From: a bacterium
GTDB lineage: Bacteria; Patescibacteriota; Minisyncoccia; JAHIHE01
Reading direction: 5' to 3'
DNA length: 64,000 nt
Assembly (NCBI GenBank): GCA_030693205.1
Contig: JAUYBG010000005.1
Span: forward strand, 9,017 to 73,016
Positions 36,571-45,997 of the stretch are shown piece by piece. The position numbers and the translations under genes are program-made. Positions within the stretch are counted from its first letter, which is position 1. Each line of letters opens with the position of its first letter. The notes under the pieces are model-generated. The model saw only the letters and a program-made list of their open reading frames with translations. It did no database searches and had not been told where the DNA came from.

Positions 36571-37166
36571 ATGTAAAAGATAAACAAATTTTAAAAGATT
36601 CAATTGATGTTATTATTTCAAATATTCCAGCATTGAATATTGCTTGGGGGTTAAGTAGAGCACTTTATGGAGCGGGGTTGAAATTACGGGAACAAAGAGC
36701 TTTGGAGTGGGTGGAGATGGTAAGGGATAATCCAGAAGTTTTTACTCAGGAAATATTGCAACAGGAAGAGTTTCAGGACGGATTTGTGTTTTCTCTTGAA
36801 AAGTATTTAACATCACGAAACGAAGAAAAACGTAGATATTTTCGGAATATATTTTTAGGATATTCTAAAAATGATAATAAATACGAGTTTGAATTGGAAA
36901 GATTTGTTCATGTTTTGTCGCAACTAAGTTTAGAAGATATAGATGTTCTTAAATATGTTAATGTTAAAACTCGCAATAGTTACCAAGTTTTTGACGATTC
37001 AAAGTGCTTATCAAGCATTTATCATTTGATTAATTTAGGTATTTTATACAATGATCCTTCGTCTCGAGTTGGTCCTATTGAATTTCCGTTTGTTTATACT
37101 TCGACACTCGGGATAAATTTTATTAAATACCTTAAAAATGAAAAATGTTTGGCCAATAAAAAATAG
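36567..37166 (+). CDS. Hypothetical protein translationally coupled (ATGA overlap) to the Type IIG RM gene
   Basis: 4-nt start/stop overlap with the upstream gene; no recognisable domain. Confidence 0.5.
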   Translation: MNVKDKQILKDSIDVIISNIPALNIAWGLSRALYGAGLKLREQRALEWVEMVRDNPEVFTQEILQQEEFQDGFVFSLEKYLTSRNEEKRRYFRNIFLGYSKNDNKYEFELERFVHVLSQLSLEDIDVLKYVNVKTRNSYQVFDDSKCLSSIYHLINLGILYNDPSSRVGPIEFPFVYTSTLGINFIKYLKNEKCLANKK

Positions 37167-37175
37167 GAGAAATAT

Positions 37176-38639
37176 ATGAATGATAACGATTTATTAAAAA
37201 TATTTTTAGCCGCGCAAGAATGGCAAACATTCGAATGCAAAAGAGCTGCCATTAAACCTGCTGATTTATTAGAAACAGCGGTTGCTTTTGCAAATGCCGA
37301 TGGCGGTCTTGTTGTTATAGGTCTTGAAGATTCCATGAAGGCTCAAGGAGAAAAAAGGTTTATTGGAATTAGTGAGAACGCGAGTAATGTTTCTGACTTT
37401 TTGAAACTGCTAGAAAAAGAAATCGAACCGCCGCTTATGTTGTGGGGAAAGTTTGAGCTTGATATTACAAACACGCAAGGCAAGGCGGATAAGCTTGTGG
37501 TAATAAATATTAAAAAGAGCAATGATGTGCACTCGCTTAAAAGAGGCGATACTTTCGTGAGGAAAGGCCATCAAAATGTTAAAATTGGCTCTACGGAAAT
37601 AATACGGCTTAAATATGAAAAAGGCGCCATAAAGTTTGAAAATGAAAAATCCGATATTGGCCAGCTTAATGATTTAAACCGCGACCTTTTTGAACAGTAT
37701 AAAAAAGATACATCATCCAGCGGTTTAGATGACTGGCAATTCTTGAAAGACAACGGATTAGCTCTAAATGAGGGTGGCAAATATGAATTAACTAAGGCGG
37801 GAATACTTCTTTTTGGTAAAAATCCGTCTGTTATTCTTAAAAGTAAGTGCGGAATAAAAATTTCTCATTACTATGGAACAAAGCCAACATATACCGATAA
37901 ACCGAATTTTGTAAATCGACCGTTTACGATAGAAGGACCGCTAATAAAGCAAATAGAACAAGCCATTGAATATTTTAGCAGTGTTGTTAAAAAGTCTCCG
38001 CCAAAGTTAATTGGCGCTTCTTTTGTTCCGACCTTTTTAATACCGGAATGGGCATTTCAAGAAGCAATAACTAATGCGGTTATCCATCGCAATTATTTTG
38101 TGCAAGACGATATTCAGGTTAGATTTTTTGATGATCGGGTTGAAATAGAAAGTCCAGGCACATACCCTGGTCATATTACAGTTGACAATATTAGATCGGA
38201 AAGATTTTCAAGAAACCCCTTGATTTTAAGAACACTAAATCGTTTTCAGATTGCTCCTAATTTGGATATTGGTGAGGGCGTTGATCGCATGTTTAAGGTA
38301 ATGAAAGAACAAAATTTATATGAACCGTTGTATTTTCCGCCGACCTTAAGGCCAAATTCCGTATTATTGATTTTATTAAATTTACACAAAGTCCAATATT
38401 GGGATACTGTCAGTAAATACGTAGACGAGAATTATCGAATTACAAACAAGAAAGCTCGCGAAATAACCGGTTTAAATGATGTGTTAAAAATGTCTAGGCT
38501 TTTAAAGGCATGGGTTGATAAAGGATTACTTGAAAAAATTGGATTGGCAAAAAAAGATAGCTATTATAGAAAGCCGGGTCAAGAAATACCTAAGCGTTTA
38601 TTTTCAACAGGTATTGATAATAAAATAAAAAATAGGTAA
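37176..38639 (+). CDS. AlbA_2 (Schlafen-like) DNA-binding domain protein with C-terminal HATPase_c_4-like domain and wHTH
   Basis: N-terminus LLKIFLAAQEWQTFECKRAAIKPADLLETAVAFANADGGLVVIGLED is the AlbA_2/divergent AAA-4 signature; C-terminal ITNAVIHRNY...VEIESPG resembles HATPase_c_4; terminal wHTH-like segment. Confidence 0.6.
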   Translation: MNDNDLLKIFLAAQEWQTFECKRAAIKPADLLETAVAFANADGGLVVIGLEDSMKAQGEKRFIGISENASNVSDFLKLLEKEIEPPLMLWGKFELDITNTQGKADKLVVINIKKSNDVHSLKRGDTFVRKGHQNVKIGSTEIIRLKYEKGAIKFENEKSDIGQLNDLNRDLFEQYKKDTSSSGLDDWQFLKDNGLALNEGGKYELTKAGILLFGKNPSVILKSKCGIKISHYYGTKPTYTDKPNFVNRPFTIEGPLIKQIEQAIEYFSSVVKKSPPKLIGASFVPTFLIPEWAFQEAITNAVIHRNYFVQDDIQVRFFDDRVEIESPGTYPGHITVDNIRSERFSRNPLILRTLNRFQIAPNLDIGEGVDRMFKVMKEQNLYEPLYFPPTLRPNSVLLILLNLHKVQYWDTVSKYVDENYRITNKKAREITGLNDVLKMSRLLKAWVDKGLLEKIGLAKKDSYYRKPGQEIPKRLFSTGIDNKIKNR

Positions 38640-38881
38640 TTATCCTTTGTTTATGCAGGTTTTCTTTAATGTCATTTTCACAGCTTTTAAAATTCAAATT
38701 CTCCAAAAAGCTAGGCTTTTTAAAATAATTTTATACGGATACAAAATTTTCAAAAGATTCAATCAAACCCAAAATCGCGGAAATTTTTGAGCAATATTTC
38801 GCAAAAATCGGACATTGTAATATCTCGACTGAATTTTCTTGCCATGGCATAAATTTTCAGTTACAGTAATTTATTTTTAAA

Positions 38882-39487
38882 ATGATTTTACCTAAAATTT
38901 TTAAAAAGAAAGATATTGAGAAGCCAAACGCAATATATGTGTTTATTGATGCGTCGAATTTATGGCAGGCGCAAAAGGCCAAAGGAAAAATGTTTGATTA
39001 TCAGAAGTTGAAAATATTTTTGAAAATAAAATTTGGCGCTTCCGAGATTCAAGTATTTTATTATACCGCCTATCCCGCCAAAGGAACGCGAGATTACTGC
39101 CTTGACGGCAGACATAAGTTTTTTACCTATTTAAAGAAAGGGCTTGGATTTATTGTGAGAAAGAAAGAATTAAAAAGAATAACAACCCATAGCGATGAAC
39201 TTGGCGATTCAATTCAGGAAAAAGGAAATATGGATGTCGAAATGACGATTGATGTAATTCATCATATGAAAAAGTATGATGTTGCTGTATTATTTACGGG
39301 CGATTCTGATTTTCTTGAGTTGGTAACTTATGTAAAAAATGGAGGCAAAAAAGTTTATATCTTTTCTTCAAAGAATAATATTTCCCAAGAATTGCGAACA
39401 GGCGGGGATGGTTATTTTGATGTACTTAATATTGGAGAAGATATTTGGGGCAGAGAATTAAAGCGTAGGGAGAATATGCCGAAATAA
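38882..39487 (+). CDS. NYN/LabA-like (PIN-fold) domain protein, putative ribonuclease
   Basis: VFIDASNLW...GNMDVEMTIDVI...DVAVLFTGDSDF acidic catalytic pattern of NYN/LabA domains. Confidence 0.6.
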   Translation: MILPKIFKKKDIEKPNAIYVFIDASNLWQAQKAKGKMFDYQKLKIFLKIKFGASEIQVFYYTAYPAKGTRDYCLDGRHKFFTYLKKGLGFIVRKKELKRITTHSDELGDSIQEKGNMDVEMTIDVIHHMKKYDVAVLFTGDSDFLELVTYVKNGGKKVYIFSSKNNISQELRTGGDGYFDVLNIGEDIWGRELKRRENMPK

Positions 39488-39659
39488 AAAGCAACCCTCC
39501 TCGCGGAAGGTTGCCCTTGGATGTAAAACCCTATCAGTTTATGGAAAACCAATAGATACTTATAATATACTCTTTCTAAATTTAAAGTCAATAGTCTATC
39601 CACATAATCAATAAAATTAAAATTTTCCAAAGATCTAATCAAAGAATAAGATAAATATT

Positions 39660-40033
39660 ATGGAAACTACAAAAATAGCTTTATTTAAAGGAAAAAAAAT
39701 TAGACGAATTATTTTTAAAAATGAGTGGTATTTTTCAGTTGTTGATATTATTGAGGCGTTAACGGATAGCGTTCAGCCGAGTAAATATTGGACCGCAATG
39801 AAAGCAAGGGTTAATTTGGAAGATGAAGTTCAGTTATCTACAATTTGTAGACGACTGAAATTCATCGCCAAGAAAATTCAGAAGGCATACCAAAATTAAA
39901 GCAAGATGCCGGCAGGGGAGGGAAGATAGCCGGAAACGCCAGAAAAGAACTGGAAAAAGAATTAGGCAGACCAATTGTGTCTAAAAAGAATTATTTGCAA
40001 AAACCGAAAAATAAAAAGTTATTAGATAAATAA
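39660..40033 (+). pseudogene. Decayed DinD / Bro-N family gene (N-terminal roughly 79 aa in frame 0, C-terminal tail in the -1 frame, middle deleted)
   Basis: N fragment KKIRRIIFKNEWYFSVVDIIEALTDSVQPSKYWTAMKARV parallels the DinD N-terminus (GQEFWSARELAPLLDYRDWRNFQKVLARA). From 39851 a different frame reads ...EGIPKLKQDAGRGGKIAGNARKELEKELGRPIVSKKNYL, matching the DinD C-terminus (...HFDVGRKVRQTIQELGGTMPEEL). A full-length homolog would be about 270 aa. Confidence 0.55.
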
Positions 40034-40147
40034 TATGAACTTAAAAATCTTAAAAATCAATTCATATTGAAAATCTGAACACAAAATTTTCAAAAGATTT
40101 AATTAAAGGACAAGATAAATATTTGGCGCTTTTCAAGAGTATAATTT

Positions 40148-41407
40148 ATGAAAACAAAAACAAAAGAAAATGATCTATGGGATGTCGTGGTGATCGGCGG
40201 AGGGCCGGCGGGAATGATGGCGGCGGGAAGGGCGGCGGAGCGCGGTTTGTCAGTTTTACTCTTGGAAAAAAATGCGGTACTCGGAAAAAAACTTCTGCTT
40301 ACTGGCGGCGGGCGGTGCAATTTAACTAATAATATTTCCGATATTCGCTTGTTGTCAGCGAAGTATAAAAAAAGCGGCAAGTTTTTATTGTCGGCTTTTT
40401 CACAGTTTGGCGTTGAGGAAACGCTTGAGTTTTTCAATAGCCGGGGAATGGCGACGAAAGAAGAAGACGACGAAAGAATTTTTCCTGTTTCCAATCAGGC
40501 GCAATCGGTTTTAGATGTGCTGATTCGCTATATGAAAAAAGGCGGAGTAAAAATTGAGACTAATTCTGAAGTTAACGATTTGACGATTGGCGCGAAAAAA
40601 AAGCATTTTAACATTCGGATCAAGGACGGAAAAGAGTTAAAAGCGAAATCATGTATTGTCGCGACCGGAGGCACTGCGCTTTCTGTTACCGGTTCCACCG
40701 GCGATGGATTTATTTGGCTTAAAAAACTTGGACATGCTATTGCCGAAAATAATCTCGCGCTTGTGCCGGTCGCGTTGAAAGATATTTGGGCGAAAAAATT
40801 AAGCGGAATAATTCTTGAAGATATTAAGCTTACGATATTTCAGAATGGCCGCAAATACGGAGCGGAAAAAGGCAAGATGCTTTTTGCCCATTTTGGGATT
40901 ACCGGACCGCTAGTGCTTAATATGAGCAGGGAAATCGGCGAGCTGATAAAGAATGGCGAAGTTATTATATCGCTTGATCTTTTTCCGGGCCTTGATCAAA
41001 ATGCATTGAGTAAAAAATTTCTGGAACTTCTCCAAAACGAGAGTAATAAAAAATTGAAAAATACATTAAGCCTTTTTATTCCTTCGGCGCTTGCTTTAGA
41101 AGTTTTAGAGATGGCGAGTATTGATGGCGAAACTTTTAACCATAGTTTAAAAAGCGAAGAACGGGTGAAATTACTTGCGATGTTAAAAAATATTACTCTT
41201 AATGTCCGGGGCTTGCTTGGAGCGGATAAAGCGATTGCTTCTTCGGGCGGTGTTGAGCTCCGAGACGTAGACTTTAAGACAATGCAGTCGCGTCTTGTGC
41301 CTCGCTTGTATATTATCGGAGACGCGTTAAATATTGATCGCGCTTCCGGCGGCTACAGCCTGCAGCTTTGTTGGACGACCGGTTTTGTGGCGGGAGATAA
41401 TTGCTGA
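40148..41407 (+). CDS. HI0933-like (aminoacetone oxidase family) FAD-dependent flavoprotein
   Basis: Dinucleotide-binding motif DVVVIGGGPAGMMAAGRAAERG and GGGRCNLTN signature. Confidence 0.8.
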   Translation: MKTKTKENDLWDVVVIGGGPAGMMAAGRAAERGLSVLLLEKNAVLGKKLLLTGGGRCNLTNNISDIRLLSAKYKKSGKFLLSAFSQFGVEETLEFFNSRGMATKEEDDERIFPVSNQAQSVLDVLIRYMKKGGVKIETNSEVNDLTIGAKKKHFNIRIKDGKELKAKSCIVATGGTALSVTGSTGDGFIWLKKLGHAIAENNLALVPVALKDIWAKKLSGIILEDIKLTIFQNGRKYGAEKGKMLFAHFGITGPLVLNMSREIGELIKNGEVIISLDLFPGLDQNALSKKFLELLQNESNKKLKNTLSLFIPSALALEVLEMASIDGETFNHSLKSEERVKLLAMLKNITLNVRGLLGADKAIASSGGVELRDVDFKTMQSRLVPRLYIIGDALNIDRASGGYSLQLCWTTGFVAGDNC

Positions 41408-41521
41408 AGGCTATAAAGACTTTATTTGCTTCTCATACCGGGCGCAAAACCCGGTTTTTAATTTTATGGCAGATTTACAGGGTTTGTGATATAATTAAAC
41501 AAAATAGCTTAGAATAATCTT

Positions 41522-41848
41522 ATGTTTAGTCCCGTTATTAATTTTTTTTACGGCTGGTATATTGATGATACGAGAAATTTTTGGAATTGGCTCGGCAAGC
41601 TTTTAAAAACCCTTGATCGCGACATAGGATTAGTTGGTAATTTGCAAAACTGGGCAAGTCCTCTTTATGGAGACTATACTTATGTTGGGATAGTGATAGG
41701 GCCGATCCTAAGGACTATGAGGATTTTTTTTGGTCTGGCTTTTTACTCGGTAATAGCTTTTTTTTCGTTGATGGTTTATTTATTTTGGATAGCTTTGCCA
41801 ATGGTGGCAATTATAATGGTATTTTTAAATTTATTTGATAAAAGATAA
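41522..41848 (+). CDS. Small membrane protein (2 TM), hypothetical
   Basis: ORF with two hydrophobic segments; no motif. Confidence 0.35.
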   Translation: MFSPVINFFYGWYIDDTRNFWNWLGKLLKTLDRDIGLVGNLQNWASPLYGDYTYVGIVIGPILRTMRIFFGLAFYSVIAFFSLMVYLFWIALPMVAIIMVFLNLFDKR

Positions 41849-41850
41849 TA

Positions 41851-44586
41851 ATGGCGGGGATCAATGTCAATAAAAACAAGGATAGTATGGAAATTATAAC
41901 TTGCTCTGTTTGCGGCGGCTTGGGAATTGTTGTCGCTCGTCAATCGGAAGCAAAAAGCCAAACGTGCCAAGAATGCGGCGGCGCGGGAGTGTGGCTCGCA
42001 AAAGGCAATGAAAAATATTTTTGGCAGCCGCAAAACAAAATAGGTTCGTCCTTATCCCGATGGCTAAAGACCGTTGTAGCTGTTGCTATTAAGATTTTGG
42101 CGATTTTTTTTATCATTTCTTCTTATGACAAAGCGATTGTTTTTCTGGAATCTTCCGATGATATTTTTGCTTTGTTCACTCAAAAAGGCGTCGAACCTTT
42201 TCTTTTTTGGGCATCAACGCTTGTTTTGGTTTACTGGATCTATCTTTTGCGGGCGGCGGCAAAAAAAGAGCGCGAACAAGATTTTGATATTTTTAAAATA
42301 GTATTCGGTGTGTTTGATAAAGCGGAAACAAATCGGGGAAGCGGGTTCAATATTGAGCCGCTTTTGGATTCTTCGGCCAAGGGAAAAATTTACGAAGCCG
42401 GAGCGATTGCCGAAGGATCAAAAAACCAGGTTGGCGTTTGGCATTTACTGAAAGCGCTGTTTAGTGATCGGGATATTGAACGGATCATTGCTATGCTTGA
42501 AGTCAGCCAAAAAGAAATGATCGAATTAATAAATAATAAGATCAAAGAAACCGCCGAGCCGATCTTAGGAGAGCAAAAAGTTCAATTCAATGCCGATATT
42601 AAGAAAGCCGTGATCGGTTCTTTGCTGGAAGCGGTAAAAATGGGTAGGAAAGATATTGATAAAATAAGCCTTTTTTCTTCGGTGGCGATAAATCTTAAGG
42701 ATGTTAATTTTTTCTTGCAGGGATCGGGGATCAACGCGGAGAATCTTCATACGGGAGTATTGTGGTCTCAAAAGGAAAATAACGGAGGATTCTTACAAAA
42801 GTTATTTATAAAAAAAGGGCTCAGAAGAGTAACGATCAAGCATCGGATAATGAATAGCGCGTGGACAGCCAGGCCGACGCCGACTCTTGATAAATTCAGC
42901 TACGACATAACCGATTATGCGGCGGCGGGGGTTTTGCCTCCGATCGTGGGCAGAGAAAAGGAGATCAGCGAAGTAATGAGAATTTTGGAGAGAAACAGCA
43001 AGAATAATGTGCTTTTGATCGGCGAGACAGGGAGCGGCAGAAGATCTATCGTTAACGCGATCGGCAGATTAATGGCTAGTGATAAATGTTTGTCAAAACT
43101 TAGAGACAAGCGTCTGGTTTCTCTTGATGCTTCATTGGTAGTTTCCGGAGTGACGGCAGGCGGTGAGCTTGAGGAGAGAATACAAGATATTTTGCAGGAA
43201 ATCCAATTGGCGGGGAATATTATTTTTTTTATTCCCGATATTCATAATTTAGCCGACTCGGGCGCTGAGCATGGTTTTGATGTTTCGGAAATCCTAACTC
43301 CGGTTTTCAGACAAAGCTATTTACAGGTAATTGGTACGACAACTTTTTTTGATTATCACCAGACGATCGAGAAGCGCGGCGATTTTGCCGATACTTTTGA
43401 TATAGTTAAGGTGGAAGAGGTTACTCCCGATGTTGCTTTGGAAATTTTATCAAGGGAATCATACGGAATAGAGGAAAAAGAAGAAGTTCGGTTTACTTTT
43501 AATGCTCTTAAAAAAGCGGTTGATCTTTCCCAAAGGTACATTTTTAACAAGCTTTTGCCCGCCAAGGCTGTGGATCTATTAAGCGAGGCTGCGGTTATGG
43601 TGAAAGTGCGATCGGGAAAAGATTCTTTGGTAAAGAGCGAAGACATCATGGCTTTGGTGACCGAAAAGACAGGGGTGCCGGTTATTGATATTACAAGCAA
43701 GGAAGCGAATATATTAAATAATCTTGAATCAGAGATTCACAAAAGAATGATCGGCCAGGATTTGGCGGTTAAAGCGATTTCCGAAGCGATCAAAAGAATG
43801 CGAGTGGGTTTGAAGAACGAGAAAAAACCTATGGGTGTGTTTCTTTTTTTGGGGCCGACGGGAGTGGGGAAAACAGAGCTGGCTAAGACTCTGGCTGAGG
43901 TTTATTTCGGTTCGGAAAAATTAATGGTGCGCCTGGATATGAGCGAGTTTCAGTCGGTGCAAAGCATTGAAAAACTGATCGGTTCTCCGGACGGAGTTGT
44001 CAGCGGCCAGTTGACCGAGGCGGTAAAAAAGAAGCCGTTTTCGCTTGTCTTGCTTGATGAGTTTGAAAAAGCGCATCCCAATGTTCTAAATTTATTTTTG
44101 CAGGTTTTTGACGATGGCCGCCTTACGGACAGTTTGGGCCGGTTGGTGGATTTTACCAATACTATTATTATTGCCACATCCAATGCCGGATCGAAGATCA
44201 TTCAGGAGCGGCTAAGGGAAGGAAAAACCATACCGGAATTCCAGGCGGAATTCGAAAAGAATTTATTGGAATATTTCAAACCGGAACTTTTGAATCGTTT
44301 TAACGCGCAGATCATATTCAAGACTTTATCCGAGGACGATATTACTCAGATCGCGAAGCTGCAGATCAAGAATCTTTCCAAGCGCATGGAGAAGGCTCAG
44401 GGCATTGAAATAAAGATCACAGATGAGGCGGTGGCAAAAATTTCAAGAATAGGATATAATCCTTTTTTTGGCGCTCGTAATTTGCAGAGGGTGATCACAG
44501 AAAAGATCGAAAACGTTATTGCCGATAAGTTTTTGAAAGGGGAGATCAAGCGCGGACAGGTTTATACGGTTAAAGATATAGAATAA
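41851..44586 (+). CDS. Clp/Hsp100-family two-ring AAA+ ATPase (ClpC/ClpB-like) with N-terminal zinc ribbon and two TM segments
   Basis: N-terminus CSVCGG...CQECGG (Zn ribbon) then TM segments (VVAVAIKILAIFFIISSY, LFWASTLVLVYWIYLL); a Clp_N-like repeat; D1 with atypical Walker A GETGSGRRS (Lys replaced by Arg); D2 with canonical GPTGVGKTELAKTLA, sensor and ClpB_D2-small motifs. No IGF/LGF ClpP-docking loop noticed. Confidence 0.75.
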   Translation: MAGINVNKNKDSMEIITCSVCGGLGIVVARQSEAKSQTCQECGGAGVWLAKGNEKYFWQPQNKIGSSLSRWLKTVVAVAIKILAIFFIISSYDKAIVFLESSDDIFALFTQKGVEPFLFWASTLVLVYWIYLLRAAAKKEREQDFDIFKIVFGVFDKAETNRGSGFNIEPLLDSSAKGKIYEAGAIAEGSKNQVGVWHLLKALFSDRDIERIIAMLEVSQKEMIELINNKIKETAEPILGEQKVQFNADIKKAVIGSLLEAVKMGRKDIDKISLFSSVAINLKDVNFFLQGSGINAENLHTGVLWSQKENNGGFLQKLFIKKGLRRVTIKHRIMNSAWTARPTPTLDKFSYDITDYAAAGVLPPIVGREKEISEVMRILERNSKNNVLLIGETGSGRRSIVNAIGRLMASDKCLSKLRDKRLVSLDASLVVSGVTAGGELEERIQDILQEIQLAGNIIFFIPDIHNLADSGAEHGFDVSEILTPVFRQSYLQVIGTTTFFDYHQTIEKRGDFADTFDIVKVEEVTPDVALEILSRESYGIEEKEEVRFTFNALKKAVDLSQRYIFNKLLPAKAVDLLSEAAVMVKVRSGKDSLVKSEDIMALVTEKTGVPVIDITSKEANILNNLESEIHKRMIGQDLAVKAISEAIKRMRVGLKNEKKPMGVFLFLGPTGVGKTELAKTLAEVYFGSEKLMVRLDMSEFQSVQSIEKLIGSPDGVVSGQLTEAVKKKPFSLVLLDEFEKAHPNVLNLFLQVFDDGRLTDSLGRLVDFTNTIIIATSNAGSKIIQERLREGKTIPEFQAEFEKNLLEYFKPELLNRFNAQIIFKTLSEDDITQIAKLQIKNLSKRMEKAQGIEIKITDEAVAKISRIGYNPFFGARNLQRVITEKIENVIADKFLKGEIKRGQVYTVKDIE

Positions 44587-44680
44587 TTTTTAAGTTATAA
44601 AGTTATAAAGTGAAAAGTTATAAAGTAAATTAAATTACGACCTTACAACTTTAAGAACTTTATAAACTTTTTACTAATTC

Positions 44681-44815
44681 ATGGGTGTTATTGAAAATAA
44701 TTCCAAGTGGTTTTTTAAGAGGACGCTCTTTCTTTGGCTGCCATTTGCCGCGATCATTTTACTTATTCAAAAATGGCGAGAGGAAAGAAAGAAAAAAGAA
44801 GAGGAAGAAAAATGA
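44681..44815 (+). CDS. Possible 44-aa single-TM micro-protein upstream of the permease
   Basis: ATG at 44681 to TGA at 44813-44815: MGVIENNSKWFFKRTLFLWLPFAAIILLIQKWREERKKKEEEEK; coding status unproven. Confidence 0.2.
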   Translation: MGVIENNSKWFFKRTLFLWLPFAAIILLIQKWREERKKKEEEEK

Positions 44816-44841
44816 TCAGTTTATAAATTTTTTACCGGGAC

Positions 44842-45984
44842 ATGCTTAATGCCAGATTTTTCAATGCTCTTGCGATGCTCGTCGGCACTATTATCGGCGC
44901 CGGTATTTTTGGTTTGCCATATGTCGCGGCAAAAACGGGCTTGGTTCCCACGGTGATTTATTTGACAGTGCTGACTTTTATCGTTTTGTTGATGCATCTT
45001 TTGTACGGAGAAGTCGTTTTGAGGACCAAAGGCAAGCATCGCTTGGTGGGTTACGCCGAGATCTATCTGGGAAAATGGGGGAAAAGGGTCGCGACTTTAT
45101 CCGTTGTTTTGGGCGGTTACGCCGGCCTTTTGATCTATATAATCTTAAGCGGCGTTTTTTTATCCAATCTTTTGGGAGAATTTTTTGGCCATGATCCGCG
45201 GCCTTATAGCATAATCGTATTTTTTGTCTCTTTTATTTTTATTGCCGGCGGGCTCAAAGTTGTTTCGTGGGTAGAGTCATTTTTGTCTTTTTTGCTTGTT
45301 GCCGCTATTTTTCTTTTTTTAGCAAAAGGATCTTCTTCAATCAGCCTTTCCAGTTTTACAGAGAGTATTAATTGGTCCGAAATTTTCTTGCCCTACGGGG
45401 TGCTTCTTTTTGCTTTGACCGGCGGTTCGATCATTCCAGATTTGATATCGGTTTTGGAAAAAAAAGAAAATTTGATCAAAAAAACAATCATTATCGGCAC
45501 TTTGATCCCCGCCGTTATTTATTTTTTATTTATCGTAATAATTTTTGGAATTACCGGAGAAGCTACTACGCCGGACGCGATAACGGGATTAAAAAATTTT
45601 TATGGCGACGGGTTCGTGAAGATCGGCGCGCTAGTCGGATTTTTGGCGGTGATCACTTCGTTTTTGGCTTTTGGCATCAATTTGAAAAAAACCCTACAGC
45701 ATGATTATAAATTTTCCAAAGCTTTATCTCTGGTGCTGGCGCTATTTGTTCCGTTCTTGATATTTTCAACCGGCTTTAACGATTTTATCCGCGTGATCGG
45801 ATTTTCGGGAGCGGTAATGGGTGGCATTGACGGCGTCTTGATAATTTTGATGTATCAGAAAGCCGATCGCGAAGGCAAAGGCACAAGAAAGCCGGAGTAT
45901 GATATTCCAACTTCAAAAGCTTTGGAATATTTGCTAGTTGTTGTTTTTGCGTTGGGAATTATTTATGCGATTTTAAATCCATAA
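44842..45984 (+). CDS. Amino acid permease (aromatic amino acid / HAAAP-like transporter family)
   Basis: N-terminus FNALAMLVGTIIGAGIFGLPYVAAKTGL and about 11 TM segments. Confidence 0.65.
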   Translation: MLNARFFNALAMLVGTIIGAGIFGLPYVAAKTGLVPTVIYLTVLTFIVLLMHLLYGEVVLRTKGKHRLVGYAEIYLGKWGKRVATLSVVLGGYAGLLIYIILSGVFLSNLLGEFFGHDPRPYSIIVFFVSFIFIAGGLKVVSWVESFLSFLLVAAIFLFLAKGSSSISLSSFTESINWSEIFLPYGVLLFALTGGSIIPDLISVLEKKENLIKKTIIIGTLIPAVIYFLFIVIIFGITGEATTPDAITGLKNFYGDGFVKIGALVGFLAVITSFLAFGINLKKTLQHDYKFSKALSLVLALFVPFLIFSTGFNDFIRVIGFSGAVMGGIDGVLIILMYQKADREGKGTRKPEYDIPTSKALEYLLVVVFALGIIYAILNP

Positions 45985-45997
45985 AACAAAGTTTTGC

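Noticed and set aside
39897-39899. In-frame TAA in the DinD-like locus as possible stop-codon reassignment
   Set aside because: The downstream similarity is in a different (-1) frame and the central region is missing; TAA terminates dozens of other genes normally here. This is a pseudogene, not recoding.
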